DNA of 64,000 nucleotides from Thermoproteota archaeon (GCA_027491435.1 JAOZFG010000004.1:32001-96000); one strand, 5' to 3'; counted from the stretch's first letter, positions 48,335-58,022 are shown. Notes: generated by a model from the sequence alone, not told the origin. Translations and numbers: made by a program.

Positions 48335-49690
48335 ATGGTCGAAATTGAGGAGGTGAGCGGCTCAAGCCCATTTGAGAGAGTCGGCGCCCACAGTCATATA
48401 AGAGGGTTAGGGCTGGACAAAGACGGCAAAGCGCGGCCCGTGGCCGATGGACTCGTAGGCCAGATAAGGGCCAGGGAAGCTGCTGGCCTAGTCGTAAAGA
48501 TGGCTAAGGAGGGCAAGCTAAGCGGAAAGGCCATACTCTTAGCAGGCCCTCCGGGAACTGGCAAGACAGCAATAGCTGTGGGGATTGCCAGGGAACTGGG
48601 GGAGGACGTGCCTTTCATACAGCTGAGTGGCGCTGAGATATACAGCACTGAGAGGAAAAAGACGGAAGTCCTCATGGAGGCCATGAGGAAGGCGATAGGG
48701 GTTAGGATAAGGGAGTTCAGGAGGGTCTACGAGGGAGAAGTCATGTCATTGGACGTGAAGATGGGCTCTAGCGTTTACAACCCGTTCATAAAGGTTCCAC
48801 AGTCAGCTACCATCAAGTTGAAGACTAGGGACGATGAGAAGACGCTTAAGGTAGGTCCAAATGTAGCCAGACAGCTCGTTGAACTGGGGATATCTGAGGG
48901 AGACGTGATAATGATAGACTCGGAGGACGGCAGGGTATCTAAGGTGGGAGTTTCGAAGGAAGCTGTGATGTTTGACTTGACCTCCGAGAGCGTGGTGCCC
49001 AGGCCGGAGGGCCCAGTCCTCAAGGATAAGGAGTTCACATACATAGTCACCCTAGACGACTTGGATAGGATGGTCTCCAGGAGGAGGGGAGGCGGCCTCT
49101 TTTCCCTGATACTGGGCGTTGAGACTAAGGAGATAGATCCTGAGGTTAGGGCGATGGTAGATAAACAGGTCAGGGAGTGGGTGGAGCAGAACAAGGCAGA
49201 GATAATTCCCGGGGTCATGTTCATTGATGACGCTCATCTAATGGATATAGAGGCCCTCAGCTTCATCAGCAGGGCCATGGAAGGGGAGCTAGTCCCCATA
49301 ATAATCATGGCCACTAACAGGGGGATCACGAACATCAGAGGGACCGACGTTAAGGCCCCGTTTGGCATGCCCCTGGACCTGTTAGATAGGCTCGTCATAA
49401 TAACGACGGACAAGTACACTAGAGACGAAGTAGGGGAAATCCTAAAAATAAGGGCCGCTGAGGAGGGCATAGATATAGACGATAAGGCCCTAGAGATACT
49501 AAAGGACGAAGGGGAGAGAAGGTCTCTCAGGTACGCCGTCCAGATATTGGGAATAGCTGGAGTTAAGGCTAGATCTGAGGGGAGAGATAAGATAACTGAG
49601 GAGGACGTGAAGGAGGTGGCAGAGAGGTTCAGTGACGTGAAGGACGCCATACAACACCTGAAGAAATACGAAGGCGAGTTACTAACTTAA
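48335..49690 (+). CDS. TIP49/RuvB-like (pontin/reptin-type) AAA+ ATPase
   Basis: AHSHIRGLGL, GPPGTGKT, FIDDAH, ATNRG, DLLDRL, SLRYA. Confidence 0.95.
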   Translation: MVEIEEVSGSSPFERVGAHSHIRGLGLDKDGKARPVADGLVGQIRAREAAGLVVKMAKEGKLSGKAILLAGPPGTGKTAIAVGIARELGEDVPFIQLSGAEIYSTERKKTEVLMEAMRKAIGVRIREFRRVYEGEVMSLDVKMGSSVYNPFIKVPQSATIKLKTRDDEKTLKVGPNVARQLVELGISEGDVIMIDSEDGRVSKVGVSKEAVMFDLTSESVVPRPEGPVLKDKEFTYIVTLDDLDRMVSRRRGGGLFSLILGVETKEIDPEVRAMVDKQVREWVEQNKAEIIPGVMFIDDAHLMDIEALSFISRAMEGELVPIIIMATNRGITNIRGTDVKAPFGMPLDLLDRLVIITTDKYTRDEVGEILKIRAAEEGIDIDDKALEILKDEGERRSLRYAVQILGIAGVKARSEGRDKITEEDVKEVAERFSDVKDAIQHLKKYEGELLT

Positions 49691-49784
49691 CCTTTTAGAT
49701 GTAAGGTGAACCAGTTAGCGGCCCAACGCGTCAATCCTAGGGTAACGTGTTTAAAGGCTTCCATCAGGAAAGGAGGGTGTTCTC

Positions 49785-51263
49785 ATGAAAAAAGTGGGCT
49801 TAACATTGGCCCTGTTTATCTTACTCCTGCTACCACCTCTATCGGTCTTAGCGACCCGAAAAGAGCCTTACTGGGTGGATCCCCTGGAGATACCCCAGCT
49901 GGCCAACTTAGACGTAAAATACCTCGGAGTTACCGGCTCCGATGGCAACTACACCGTGAGAATAGGATTTTACGGGAAGGTGCCTGAGAGGTTCCTGGGG
50001 AACATATACCTTAACGACTTCAAGGTGGGAACTGGGGTCGACTCCGGGCCATTCAAGGGAGCTGACTTGCTGATTTCCTTCTACTCCCCCAACCTGTGTA
50101 GCGCCATGCCCTACGACCCTCTAAAGAAAGGATTCAGTCAAACGACCTTAATAAAGTGCAGTTCTGAGGTTAAGGGAGATGAAATCATCGTTAAGCTACC
50201 TAACGTCAAGGCGCTAGGCTTCCCCGAGACATTCGGGGTTAAGGCAGTTGTATGGTCATCTATCTTGGACGAATTAGGAAGCGGCGTGTACACGCTCGTC
50301 CCCTCTAAGGTAGAGCCAAAAGTCGACGGCAATATGGTCGAATGGAAGGGCTTATCCCCCATAATCGTAGATGAGGATGAGAGCCTGCCTAAGGTTACCG
50401 ACTTCAAGGAGTTATACGGGCTGGTGAAGAAGACCTCCTTCTACTTCGCAGTGGTTCCACATGATAAGCTCGCTTGCGATATAAAGGGGAGAGGGGCTGA
50501 CATAGAGTGGTACTTGAACGTAGAGATAGACGCTGACATGAATCCAAACACTGGGCTTAACGGGAAAGAGTTGGGAGCCTCCTTCCTTTATTCATGTGGA
50601 TGGGACGGCAGAGTGTGGGCTTACATCTCTGGGTTCCCGAATTACTTCTACACCCACAGATACGGGAGTAGTGCGGCAGGAGACGTCCTGGAGGGTTTCA
50701 TCTTCATAAACCCAATATACCCAACTGTTATGAAGGACAAGAAGTTCGAAGTCACGGCCTCGGTCCTGACCAGGGTGAAGGACAGGGTGCCTGACAGCGG
50801 GTGGATAATCGTCGGTTCAAGCGGGTTGAAGTTATCAGAGTTCACAGTTGTCGGCTCAAAGGTCGACAAGGAGATGTCCCCAGACTTAATTTCCAAGTTC
50901 AAAGGCGAGGGAGAGTCTACCAGAGTAGTTAGGTTAGGAGGTCCCAACGTAAACGACAAGTATAGTGCCCCAATCTCATTCGTGAAGAACTCCCAGGGAC
51001 TTTACGCCGGCGTGGAGGTAAACGGCAGGAAGTACTGGTCAACCTACGGCAGCGTAGACTTTGCAGTAGTTAACGTCAAAAAGCTCTCTCAGGGGTACGA
51101 GATTACTGTGGCCGGAATTACCAGGTACGGAACTAGGGCCGGTCTGATGTGGCTGATCGAACACCAGAACTTCTTAAGACAGGGAACCTACGTACTTAGT
51201 TGGTTTGATGATGGGGATGGCGTCGTAGAGCTTAGTGAGATAGGGGAGGTCATAGCTCCATGA
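49785..51263 (+). CDS. Secreted surface protein with beta-sandwich domains and an S-layer-like C-terminal domain
   Basis: Signal peptide; IDADMNPNTG; GGPNVN...AGITRYGTRAG; DDGDGVVELSEI. Confidence 0.65.
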   Translation: MKKVGLTLALFILLLLPPLSVLATRKEPYWVDPLEIPQLANLDVKYLGVTGSDGNYTVRIGFYGKVPERFLGNIYLNDFKVGTGVDSGPFKGADLLISFYSPNLCSAMPYDPLKKGFSQTTLIKCSSEVKGDEIIVKLPNVKALGFPETFGVKAVVWSSILDELGSGVYTLVPSKVEPKVDGNMVEWKGLSPIIVDEDESLPKVTDFKELYGLVKKTSFYFAVVPHDKLACDIKGRGADIEWYLNVEIDADMNPNTGLNGKELGASFLYSCGWDGRVWAYISGFPNYFYTHRYGSSAAGDVLEGFIFINPIYPTVMKDKKFEVTASVLTRVKDRVPDSGWIIVGSSGLKLSEFTVVGSKVDKEMSPDLISKFKGEGESTRVVRLGGPNVNDKYSAPISFVKNSQGLYAGVEVNGRKYWSTYGSVDFAVVNVKKLSQGYEITVAGITRYGTRAGLMWLIEHQNFLRQGTYVLSWFDDGDGVVELSEIGEVIAP

Positions 51264-51892
51264 AGGATCCAAGGCTTGCAGTGGCGGAGATAGCTTTAGG
51301 CCTCCTCAAGGAAGTTCCCCAGAAGATGATTCGATCAATAGACCTTAAAGGATTAGCTGCCGAGGTAAAAACCCTCTCCTTCAGTTTTATGTCATTGGAG
51401 GAACTCAACGATCAGGGAATGCTCGTTGGACTTGTGAGCTATGGGCAGAAGCTCAAAGAGGTGTGGGAGGAATGGAAGGACAGGGCTAAAACTCCAGGGG
51501 ACAGGCTGGCCCTGGCTAAGGTTAGGTTCGCCTCCATAATATTCGGTGGCATTCAAGAGAGGGTAGGCAGAAGGGCGGAGATATTCTATGGGACTGATTC
51601 CTACTGGGGAAGGCTAGTTGACGTGAAGGAGTTCAATGGACTGAGGAAGACTGTAGTGGAGGCTAAGGAAAGGTTTGACGTTGTCACCAACATGACGGTG
51701 TCTAGGGGTGACTTGTTAGCGTTCGCCATACTCCCTCCCAAGAGGTTCGGCGACTACGTGAGTGAAGGCATGTTCTTTGAGGCTGAGGGAGAGGGTCAAC
51801 CGGGATCGGTTCCTATACCTACTGGGAGAGGGGCTAAAAGCGTTGAATCGGTTCTCAGAGAGGAAGCTGCTAGGCTTAACATCAAGATCTAA
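51260..51892 (+). CDS. tRNA-binding protein with C-terminal EMAP/OB fold
   Basis: DPRL start; VVTN...LPP..FG..SEGMF. Confidence 0.8.
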   Translation: MKDPRLAVAEIALGLLKEVPQKMIRSIDLKGLAAEVKTLSFSFMSLEELNDQGMLVGLVSYGQKLKEVWEEWKDRAKTPGDRLALAKVRFASIIFGGIQERVGRRAEIFYGTDSYWGRLVDVKEFNGLRKTVVEAKERFDVVTNMTVSRGDLLAFAILPPKRFGDYVSEGMFFEAEGEGQPGSVPIPTGRGAKSVESVLREEAARLNIKI

Positions 51893-53012
51893 CCGATTCT
51901 ATTATGGAAAGCCAGATATCAGTAACCTCCCTGGCCCTGGGCAACTCTGACTTCGCTCCCGCCCTTATTAAGTAGCTATCCCACTTTTTTGCGTATTCTA
52001 AGAGAGCTGGAACGTTCTCAACCTTTCCTAGGTAGTAGAGAAGCCTTATGTGTAGCCTATGGTACCTCTCGTTCGCCTTACCGTGTTTTGGTGAGTAGAG
52101 CGACCAGCTACCGCAATCGTACTCGGGGAGTATCTTTATCAGGGTAGCAATGCCCTCTTCAAGGTGCTTCTTAGCGATGGGATCTTCTACTAACTTAGTG
52201 TATATGGAAAGCCCTTTTAGGGATAACATGAACCCGTTGAGGACGTGATCGTCCGACGCGTGAGAGTACTCCAAGTAGAAGGGACCCTCAGGCAAACTAA
52301 TCCTGAACCCGCCCTTACTAAGGGGGGTTCCAAAGCTCTTGGCTAGGCCTCTAGCGACCTCTAAATAGGTCTCATTTCCCGTCTTGAGATAGGCTAAGGC
52401 GTAATAGCCGGCCCCTATTCCCTGGGATATGGAGCTCACCCACGGTATCTTGGCCGTCTCCCAGGCAAAGTAGAACTTAAAGAAGGCGACGTCCCCCTGG
52501 AACTCGAGGTATCTGAGCATGCCATCAAGTATTCCCAGGAACTCGCTCCAATTGTTCCTGTAGATGAGGGCTGCCGTTGCCAAGTTTAGGGAGTTTATGT
52601 GGTGAACGTTGAACCCTTGATTGTTTAAGTAGACCAGGGGGACTCTAACTCCAGGCGGACGGTAGTTCTCGAAGAGGCTCGGGTTACCTGAGTAGTGGAC
52701 GTCCGAATTTAATGAGTCAACAAGCTGGTAGAAGGCTTGTCTAGTGAGGTTCACAGAGGAATACCTCTTGAGTAGGTCTAAGATCTCATCCCTGAACTCC
52801 GACCTGTTGCAGGCCTCTCTAGTCAACTTCAGGAAGTTATCCACCTCCCTGTAGGCGACTCCAGCGTCTACAGCCTTATCAGCCAAGGACCTGATCTGAT
52901 CATCAGGCAGATAGCAGTTAGCAACCTCGTAACTCCTCCTCATCATAAACGCGTGGATGGCCAGAAGGGCTAAGATCAACGTTGAAACGAAGAGAATCTT
53001 AAGGACTTTCAC
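51882..53012 (-). CDS. Exported D-glucuronyl C5-epimerase family protein
   Basis: WVSSISQG, YLEY, VLNGFM, YDCGSWSLY, YHRLHIRLL; N-terminal signal anchor. Confidence 0.85.
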   Translation of the reverse strand: MKVLKILFVSTLILALLAIHAFMMRRSYEVANCYLPDDQIRSLADKAVDAGVAYREVDNFLKLTREACNRSEFRDEILDLLKRYSSVNLTRQAFYQLVDSLNSDVHYSGNPSLFENYRPPGVRVPLVYLNNQGFNVHHINSLNLATAALIYRNNWSEFLGILDGMLRYLEFQGDVAFFKFYFAWETAKIPWVSSISQGIGAGYYALAYLKTGNETYLEVARGLAKSFGTPLSKGGFRISLPEGPFYLEYSHASDDHVLNGFMLSLKGLSIYTKLVEDPIAKKHLEEGIATLIKILPEYDCGSWSLYSPKHGKANERYHRLHIRLLYYLGKVENVPALLEYAKKWDSYLIRAGAKSELPRAREVTDIWLSIIESVRS

Positions 53013-54666
53013 TGGATACTACCCCCACAGTGGCCCTGCTGTAATAAGAGAGGGGACATACCTCATTACAAAGCCCGCAAGAAGTGCACCTCTCAGCGTT
53101 CACCCTGATGCCCTCGCTCAAGTAGAGGGCATCGCAGTAAGTGGTACAGACCCCGCACTCGGTGCAAGAGCTTACCCTCACGTATATCCTAGCGAGCTCC
53201 TTTAGGGCTTTACCCTCGAACTCAACGGCGTTCTCCTTGAAGATGAGTCGGCCCTTCTCCAGGTTCAACTTACCGTCATCTGGTTTACCTAAGGTGATCG
53301 AGAGCTCCTTCACCCTGCTGGTAAAGTTACCTGTTAAGGCCAAGTTCTCCCTGATTTTTAAGGTGGTTAAAGGGGGCCTCTTGTATATGCCGAGCCTTCT
53401 GAAGCCCTTGGGTGGCTTAATCCACCTCCAAAGTCCTAGCTTCACCCACTCCTCACTGTAACCCCTTTCGCCAGCGTACTTCCTCAGAAAGGATTCCCAC
53501 CTATCCCAGAGATCTGGATACCTCTCCTTAACCATGAGGTAATCTGCTATCTTAGCCGCGGGGCACAGATAACAGCCTAACCTCTTAAATCCTTGGTAGT
53601 ACAGGGGGTTGAGCTCGACGCCCCTGCTCCAAGCGTAGAGCCACACAGACAAGGCGGTCCAATCGTTAATCGGTGAGGCCGACAGGAACCCGGGCATCCA
53701 AGGGTTTCTCCAGATTGGCGGAGACTTGGATCTAGCGATGGACTCGAACTTCCTCTGTCCTACCAATGTGAGGGCTGGCATGAAGGGCTTCAAAGCCCTG
53801 AACGTAGGTGCTAGTTTAATTACTTTGCAGCACCACCTATAATCCCTAGCAGGCGGTCCAAACTTACCCACATACCTCCAAAAGGAGTCCCCAGCATCCC
53901 CTACTATGTCCACACCCACCTTCTCGACGAACTTTAGGGTTTCAGGTAGTTCTAGCCCGGTGTCGTTGAAATAGACCTTGAAGTCCACGTCGCTCCTGCT
54001 CACCAAGTCGAGCAGAGTGGAGCTGTCCTTTCCCCCGGAAAACGAGAGAATAAGCCTTCTCTTTTTAGCTAATCTCCTAATAAAAAGTATAGATTTACCC
54101 ATTAAAGAGTTTAGACAGTATTCATTTAACTTGATCATCCTCTTCCTGTCGTGAGGGACTTCCAATGGCTCGGGGCCCGGCTTAAAGACCTTTACCTGAA
54201 CGTATTTATTGCCTTGTCTCTCAGCTAACCCGTTTTTAGTGAGTACAAATTTAGGGTCATCCTCCTTGGCCTCTCCAATGACGGTTCCTTTATCGCCAGA
54301 GGCATTTATCTTGTCCAAGTAACTTCTAAGCCTCTCCGCTCCCGCTCGAGAGGGCTTGAAGTACCACCTAAAGTCGAAGATGTCGAAGAACAAGTGACCT
54401 AAAACGACTCCGTCAGCAATGATCTCATAGGATAGATCCAAGTACGGGACCTTTCCCATCAAGATTACTTGATCACCGTTGGGGAGAAGTTTCTGATAAC
54501 TGCCGGTCCCAAATTGATCTTCTAAAACGCTCTTTAACAATTTTAGATCGAAGTCTGTGGCTGGAGAGGGATCGCTCCACTTCGAAGTTCTGATAACCCT
54601 GACCTCCTCCCCTGAGCAGCCCTTAAGTAGGGGCACGTTGTTTTCAACGTCCCAGAGGAGCATCAA
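52999..54666 (-). CDS. PAPS-reductase-family PP-loop protein with C-terminal ferredoxin domain
   Basis: SFSGGKDS, DTGLE, RWCCKVIK, RLGCYLCP, two CxxCxxCxxxC motifs. Confidence 0.88.
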   Translation of the reverse strand: MMLLWDVENNVPLLKGCSGEEVRVIRTSKWSDPSPATDFDLKLLKSVLEDQFGTGSYQKLLPNGDQVILMGKVPYLDLSYEIIADGVVLGHLFFDIFDFRWYFKPSRAGAERLRSYLDKINASGDKGTVIGEAKEDDPKFVLTKNGLAERQGNKYVQVKVFKPGPEPLEVPHDRKRMIKLNEYCLNSLMGKSILFIRRLAKKRRLILSFSGGKDSSTLLDLVSRSDVDFKVYFNDTGLELPETLKFVEKVGVDIVGDAGDSFWRYVGKFGPPARDYRWCCKVIKLAPTFRALKPFMPALTLVGQRKFESIARSKSPPIWRNPWMPGFLSASPINDWTALSVWLYAWSRGVELNPLYYQGFKRLGCYLCPAAKIADYLMVKERYPDLWDRWESFLRKYAGERGYSEEWVKLGLWRWIKPPKGFRRLGIYKRPPLTTLKIRENLALTGNFTSRVKELSITLGKPDDGKLNLEKGRLIFKENAVEFEGKALKELARIYVRVSSCTECGVCTTYCDALYLSEGIRVNAERCTSCGLCNEVCPLSYYSRATVGVVSSESP

Positions 54667-54719
54667 CTCCGGCCCACCCCCTAGTCGGCAGAACGCCTTT
54701 TAAGCGTAGTGTTCTATGT

Positions 54720-54739
54720 CCGAACACGAAAATGTTCGG
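54720..54739. promoter_or_regulatory. Inverted repeat CCGAACA-N6-TGTTCGG, candidate transcription-factor site
   Basis: Perfect 7-bp arms just upstream of the TATA-like box of the 54666 minus-strand operon. Confidence 0.4.
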
Positions 54740-54834
54740 TCAAGTTTAGTCACGCGAGGACGTTGGAGCGAGGGCTCAGGACGTCTGGGTGAGAGGGAGA
54801 GCGGTTATCCTTTGAACCCTTAACAACCCGCCCA

Positions 54835-55398
54835 TCACCTCATAGCCATGAGTTTGAACAGCTTCTCTAGACAGGAGTTGCAAGGCCTCCAGTCCTTACG
54901 ATCTACCTCTTCTATGGTCTCACTGAAGCTCATTACGCACTTCGGGTTGAAGCAGTGATCTAATCCAAAAAGGTGTCCAAGCTCATGAGATACCTCCTTT
55001 AGAGCTCTGACGTAAAGTAGCTCATCGTCCTGCTCGTAGGGCCTCAACCTTGCCAAATAGACCACGCCAAATTTCCCATTGACCTCAGCCTGCCCGAATA
55101 TGAAATTAGTGTTAGTTGCGTACCCATCGTCATCTACGATGATTATAACCTTTTCATCGAGCCTCCACCTATCTACTGCCCTTAGATAAGTTATCAGTTT
55201 TTCACTCTTTATCATTCCGTCTCTCTCTTTATCATAAACGTGCGGCGGTACCCTTATGCCCCTCTCATCAATTCTAACGTTGACTGGATAAGCTTCTGGT
55301 AACCTCTCACCGATGAACTCCAGCAGAGAGATCTCGATGAAGTTAGCAGGCACTAGCACCACGTTCACGGGCTCCATGAAGGATCGAGTAATCATCAC
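54835..55398 (-). CDS. amzA: Archaemetzincin (M54 zinc metalloprotease)
   Basis: NFIFGQA, HELGHLFGLDHC...CVMSFS...D-x-K...C-x2-C. Confidence 0.92.
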   Translation of the reverse strand: MMITRSFMEPVNVVLVPANFIEISLLEFIGERLPEAYPVNVRIDERGIRVPPHVYDKERDGMIKSEKLITYLRAVDRWRLDEKVIIIVDDDGYATNTNFIFGQAEVNGKFGVVYLARLRPYEQDDELLYVRALKEVSHELGHLFGLDHCFNPKCVMSFSETIEEVDRKDWRPCNSCLEKLFKLMAMR

Positions 55399-55413
55399 AA
55401 CGGATTATTTAAG

Positions 55414-55587
55414 TTAACGCGGTCCGCCTATTAAATATGAAAGCAGGATAGTGCTTAAATTAACGTAGTAGGCGGAGCCCATCCAGATCGGCCTTAACTG
55501 GAATCTGGCGACGTAGAACCCGGCTAGGACGGCCATTATGATCAGGAATATCAGGCCTATGAGCCTACTAACACGCACCCTTCTCAT
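55414..55587 (-). CDS. Small membrane protein (57 aa); not in the ORF track
   Basis: MRRVRVSRLIGLIFLIIMAVLAGFYVARFQLRPIWMGSAYYVNLSTILLSYLIGGPR; ATGA overlap with the nth stop; fills the gap to amzA. Confidence 0.6.
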   Translation of the reverse strand: MRRVRVSRLIGLIFLIIMAVLAGFYVARFQLRPIWMGSAYYVNLSTILLSYLIGGPR

Positions 55588-56246
55588 TCCCTCACACCTA
55601 TTTTAGGGCATATATCGCTTAGCGGGCATGATTCGCATTTAGGATTTCTGGCCTTACAGTAAGTCCTGCCCAACTTTATCAGCAAAAGATGTCCCTTCAA
55701 GTAATCTTCTGGACTGAAGAACTCCATCAGAAATCTCCTAGCTTCCTCGTAGTTAGCGTCCTCGGGAACTAAGCCGAGCCTCTTGCTGACCCTCATCACG
55801 TGAGTGTCAACTGGGAAGGTCGGGTAGTTAGCGGTCATCAAGAGGACCACGTCAGCAGTTTTAGGTCCCACTCCTCTGAGGGACTTCAGGACTTCTCTAG
55901 CAGATTCCCCGTCCATGCTCAGGATTTTGTTCAGCTTACCGTTGGTCAAGTTAACTGCTAACTCCTTAATAACCCTGGCCTTTTGGCGGTATAGTCCGGC
56001 TGGTCGGATGGCTTGCTCAATCTCCTTAACGTCAGCCTTGGCCAGGGCTTCTGGGGTTATCTTGTAGATCTTCTTCAAGTTGTTCAGGGCCCTGAAGGAG
56101 TTCTTGTCAGTGGTATTCTGGGATAACACCGTGGCGACTAAGACCTCGAAGGGGTTTTTGGTTTTAGACGCCTTTAAGGCTATAAATTCCTCATCTCTTA
56201 TCTCAAAGGCCTTCTGAAGTCTACTTATCAACTCTTTTGGACTCAC
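55584..56246 (-). CDS. nth: Endonuclease III (HhH-GPD, 4Fe-4S)
   Basis: LSQNTTD, GVGPKTA, PVDTHV, C-x6-C-x2-C-x5-C. Confidence 0.94.
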   Translation of the reverse strand: MSPKELISRLQKAFEIRDEEFIALKASKTKNPFEVLVATVLSQNTTDKNSFRALNNLKKIYKITPEALAKADVKEIEQAIRPAGLYRQKARVIKELAVNLTNGKLNKILSMDGESAREVLKSLRGVGPKTADVVLLMTANYPTFPVDTHVMRVSKRLGLVPEDANYEEARRFLMEFFSPEDYLKGHLLLIKLGRTYCKARNPKCESCPLSDICPKIGVRE

Positions 56247-56622
56247 TTATGGCACCTCTGACTTTGTTCAGGAACTTCTCCAGGTTAACGATGTATCTCT
56301 CGTGCTCTCCCTCGCCTATGAGCACATCCCTCCAGTAAGCCTCCACCCTGAAGGTGAGCTTTCTCCCGCTCACGTCAACCAGCTTAACTCGAACCCTCAC
56401 TACCTCTCCTACTGGAGCCGGCGCTTTATGAGAGACGCACACTTTGGTTCCCACAGTGGTGTGTCCCTCGGGTATCCTGTCCTGCACGAGCCTGTGGGAG
56501 GAGATCTCCATTAGGCCTATCATGGACGGAGTTGACAGCACCTTCACTTCCCTTATGTGACCTGCAGCCATCTCCTCGCTAACTTCGTAAGAGAACTCGC
56601 CTTCTAAACCCCTTTCAAGCAT
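56221..56622 (-). CDS. FlK-like hot-dog thioesterase
   Basis: VLSTPSMIGLME, TVG...H-x-AP, GEHER. Confidence 0.88.
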   Translation of the reverse strand: MLERGLEGEFSYEVSEEMAAGHIREVKVLSTPSMIGLMEISSHRLVQDRIPEGHTTVGTKVCVSHKAPAPVGEVVRVRVKLVDVSGRKLTFRVEAYWRDVLIGEGEHERYIVNLEKFLNKVRGAISESKRVDK

Positions 56623-56680
56623 AACATCACCACCTAGAGACCCTAGAAACGTTTATATATCCTTCTAAAAGTCAAGACCT

Positions 56681-56992
56681 ATGAGCTCATGGGAGTCCGG
56701 GGTAAAAAAGGCCATCGAGAGATTTAACGAGATGAGGAGCCCGGAGGCTGTGGCCGAGATATTGCTGTTGGAGGGCGATAACCTCATAATAAGGATAAGT
56801 GGGCCATTCTGTGCATCATGTGGACTCTTTGACTACTTTGATGACTTGGCCTTCCTCTTAGAAGAGGAGTTAGGCGTCCTGGTCTCAGTAGAAGAGGTTG
56901 AGGAGCTGGAGGACTCATCCTACCTGGCCTTGTACAAGATAGGGGTTAAGGAGAAGAAGGACAGGAGGCTGGAACCTGTCTTCAACCCCTGA
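56681..56992 (+). CDS. Hypothetical protein with NifU-C-like CxxC motif
   Basis: ISGPFCASCG...DYFDD; TTTATATA about 25 nt upstream. Confidence 0.65.
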   Translation: MSSWESGVKKAIERFNEMRSPEAVAEILLLEGDNLIIRISGPFCASCGLFDYFDDLAFLLEEELGVLVSVEEVEELEDSSYLALYKIGVKEKKDRRLEPVFNP

Positions 56993-58022
56993 CGTTCCAG
57001 TACTTGGAGAAAACCTTCTTACCCTCATCTATCAGGGCCCTCGTCCTCCTGATAACCCGATCATCTTCTATTTCAGGGGATCCGTCAACCTCCCTGGGGT
57101 CCTTGGGAAGTACCTCACCCATGAACCCATAAGATAAAGCCAGCCACCCCCAGTTCCTTATCTCCTCGTTGTACCCGCTGATCAGAAGGTTCACCTTGCT
57201 TTTTGACTTAAGAGAGGAGGCCCATCCACCAAGCTCCCACAGGCCCTCAATGGTCTGACCTAAGTTGGTTAGCGGGTCTGAGTAGTGGGGGTCGCTCCCC
57301 CCATGAGCGATCACGAGGTCTGCATCGAAGCTCTCAGTTATGGGCACCACAAGCTCCTCTATAGCTATCTTGTAGGACTCGGGCCCCGCTTTAGGGGGTA
57401 GGGGGACGTTAACCGTGTACCCTTCGCCCTTACCCCTTCCAACCTGGTGTAGAAATCCAACTCCAGGGTAAATAGTTGCTGGATCCTGATGGAGGCTTAC
57501 GTACAAGACGCTATCGTCTTCATAAAATATTTCCATAGTCCCGTTACCGTGATGGGCGTCGTGGTCGAATATTAGGACTCTATCAACTCCCTGAGATTGG
57601 GCCCATCTGGCAGCTACCGCAACGTCGTTGATCAGGCAAAAGCCTCCCCCCTCTCTCACGCCCGCGTGATGGGCGCCCCCAAATCCTAAAGAAGATCCCT
57701 CTCGAAGGGCGACCCTTATAGCCGATAGCGCCGAGTACACTAAACTTAGGGAAGCTTCCCACATACCCTTAAAAGCGGGGGTATCTAGGGAAATCAGCCC
57801 AAACCCCTTGCGGCTCATCTCAATTAGTTTATCTAAGTACCCCTTGTCGTGAACCCTCAATAAATCTTGAAAGGTGGGAGGTTCTCCTACGGGGTCTATG
57901 ATCTCTATTGGAGCGCCTAATCTTCTAATGAACCTAACAAATTTGGGGAATCGATCACCCCGGAAGGGGTGACCGTACCCAAAGTCATAGTCCTTAACTC
58001 CTGGTACGTATGGGAACTTCAT
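56982..58022 (-). CDS. Zn-dependent histone-deacetylase-family (AcuC-like) protein
   Basis: GHP, GGAHHA, GFC..ND, DAHHGNGT, SLH, D...DPL. Confidence 0.92.
   Translation of the reverse strand: MKFPYVPGVKDYDFGYGHPFRGDRFPKFVRFIRRLGAPIEIIDPVGEPPTFQDLLRVHDKGYLDKLIEMSRKGFGLISLDTPAFKGMWEASLSLVYSALSAIRVALREGSSLGFGGAHHAGVREGGGFCLINDVAVAARWAQSQGVDRVLIFDHDAHHGNGTMEIFYEDDSVLYVSLHQDPATIYPGVGFLHQVGRGKGEGYTVNVPLPPKAGPESYKIAIEELVVPITESFDADLVIAHGGSDPHYSDPLTNLGQTIEGLWELGGWASSLKSKSKVNLLISGYNEEIRNWGWLALSYGFMGEVLPKDPREVDGSPEIEDDRVIRRTRALIDEGKKVFSKYWNVRG

Noticed and set aside
48335-49690. TIP49 Walker B reads DDAH instead of DEVH, suggesting inactivity
   Set aside because: I recall this variant in other TACK TIP49 proteins, and all other motifs are intact.
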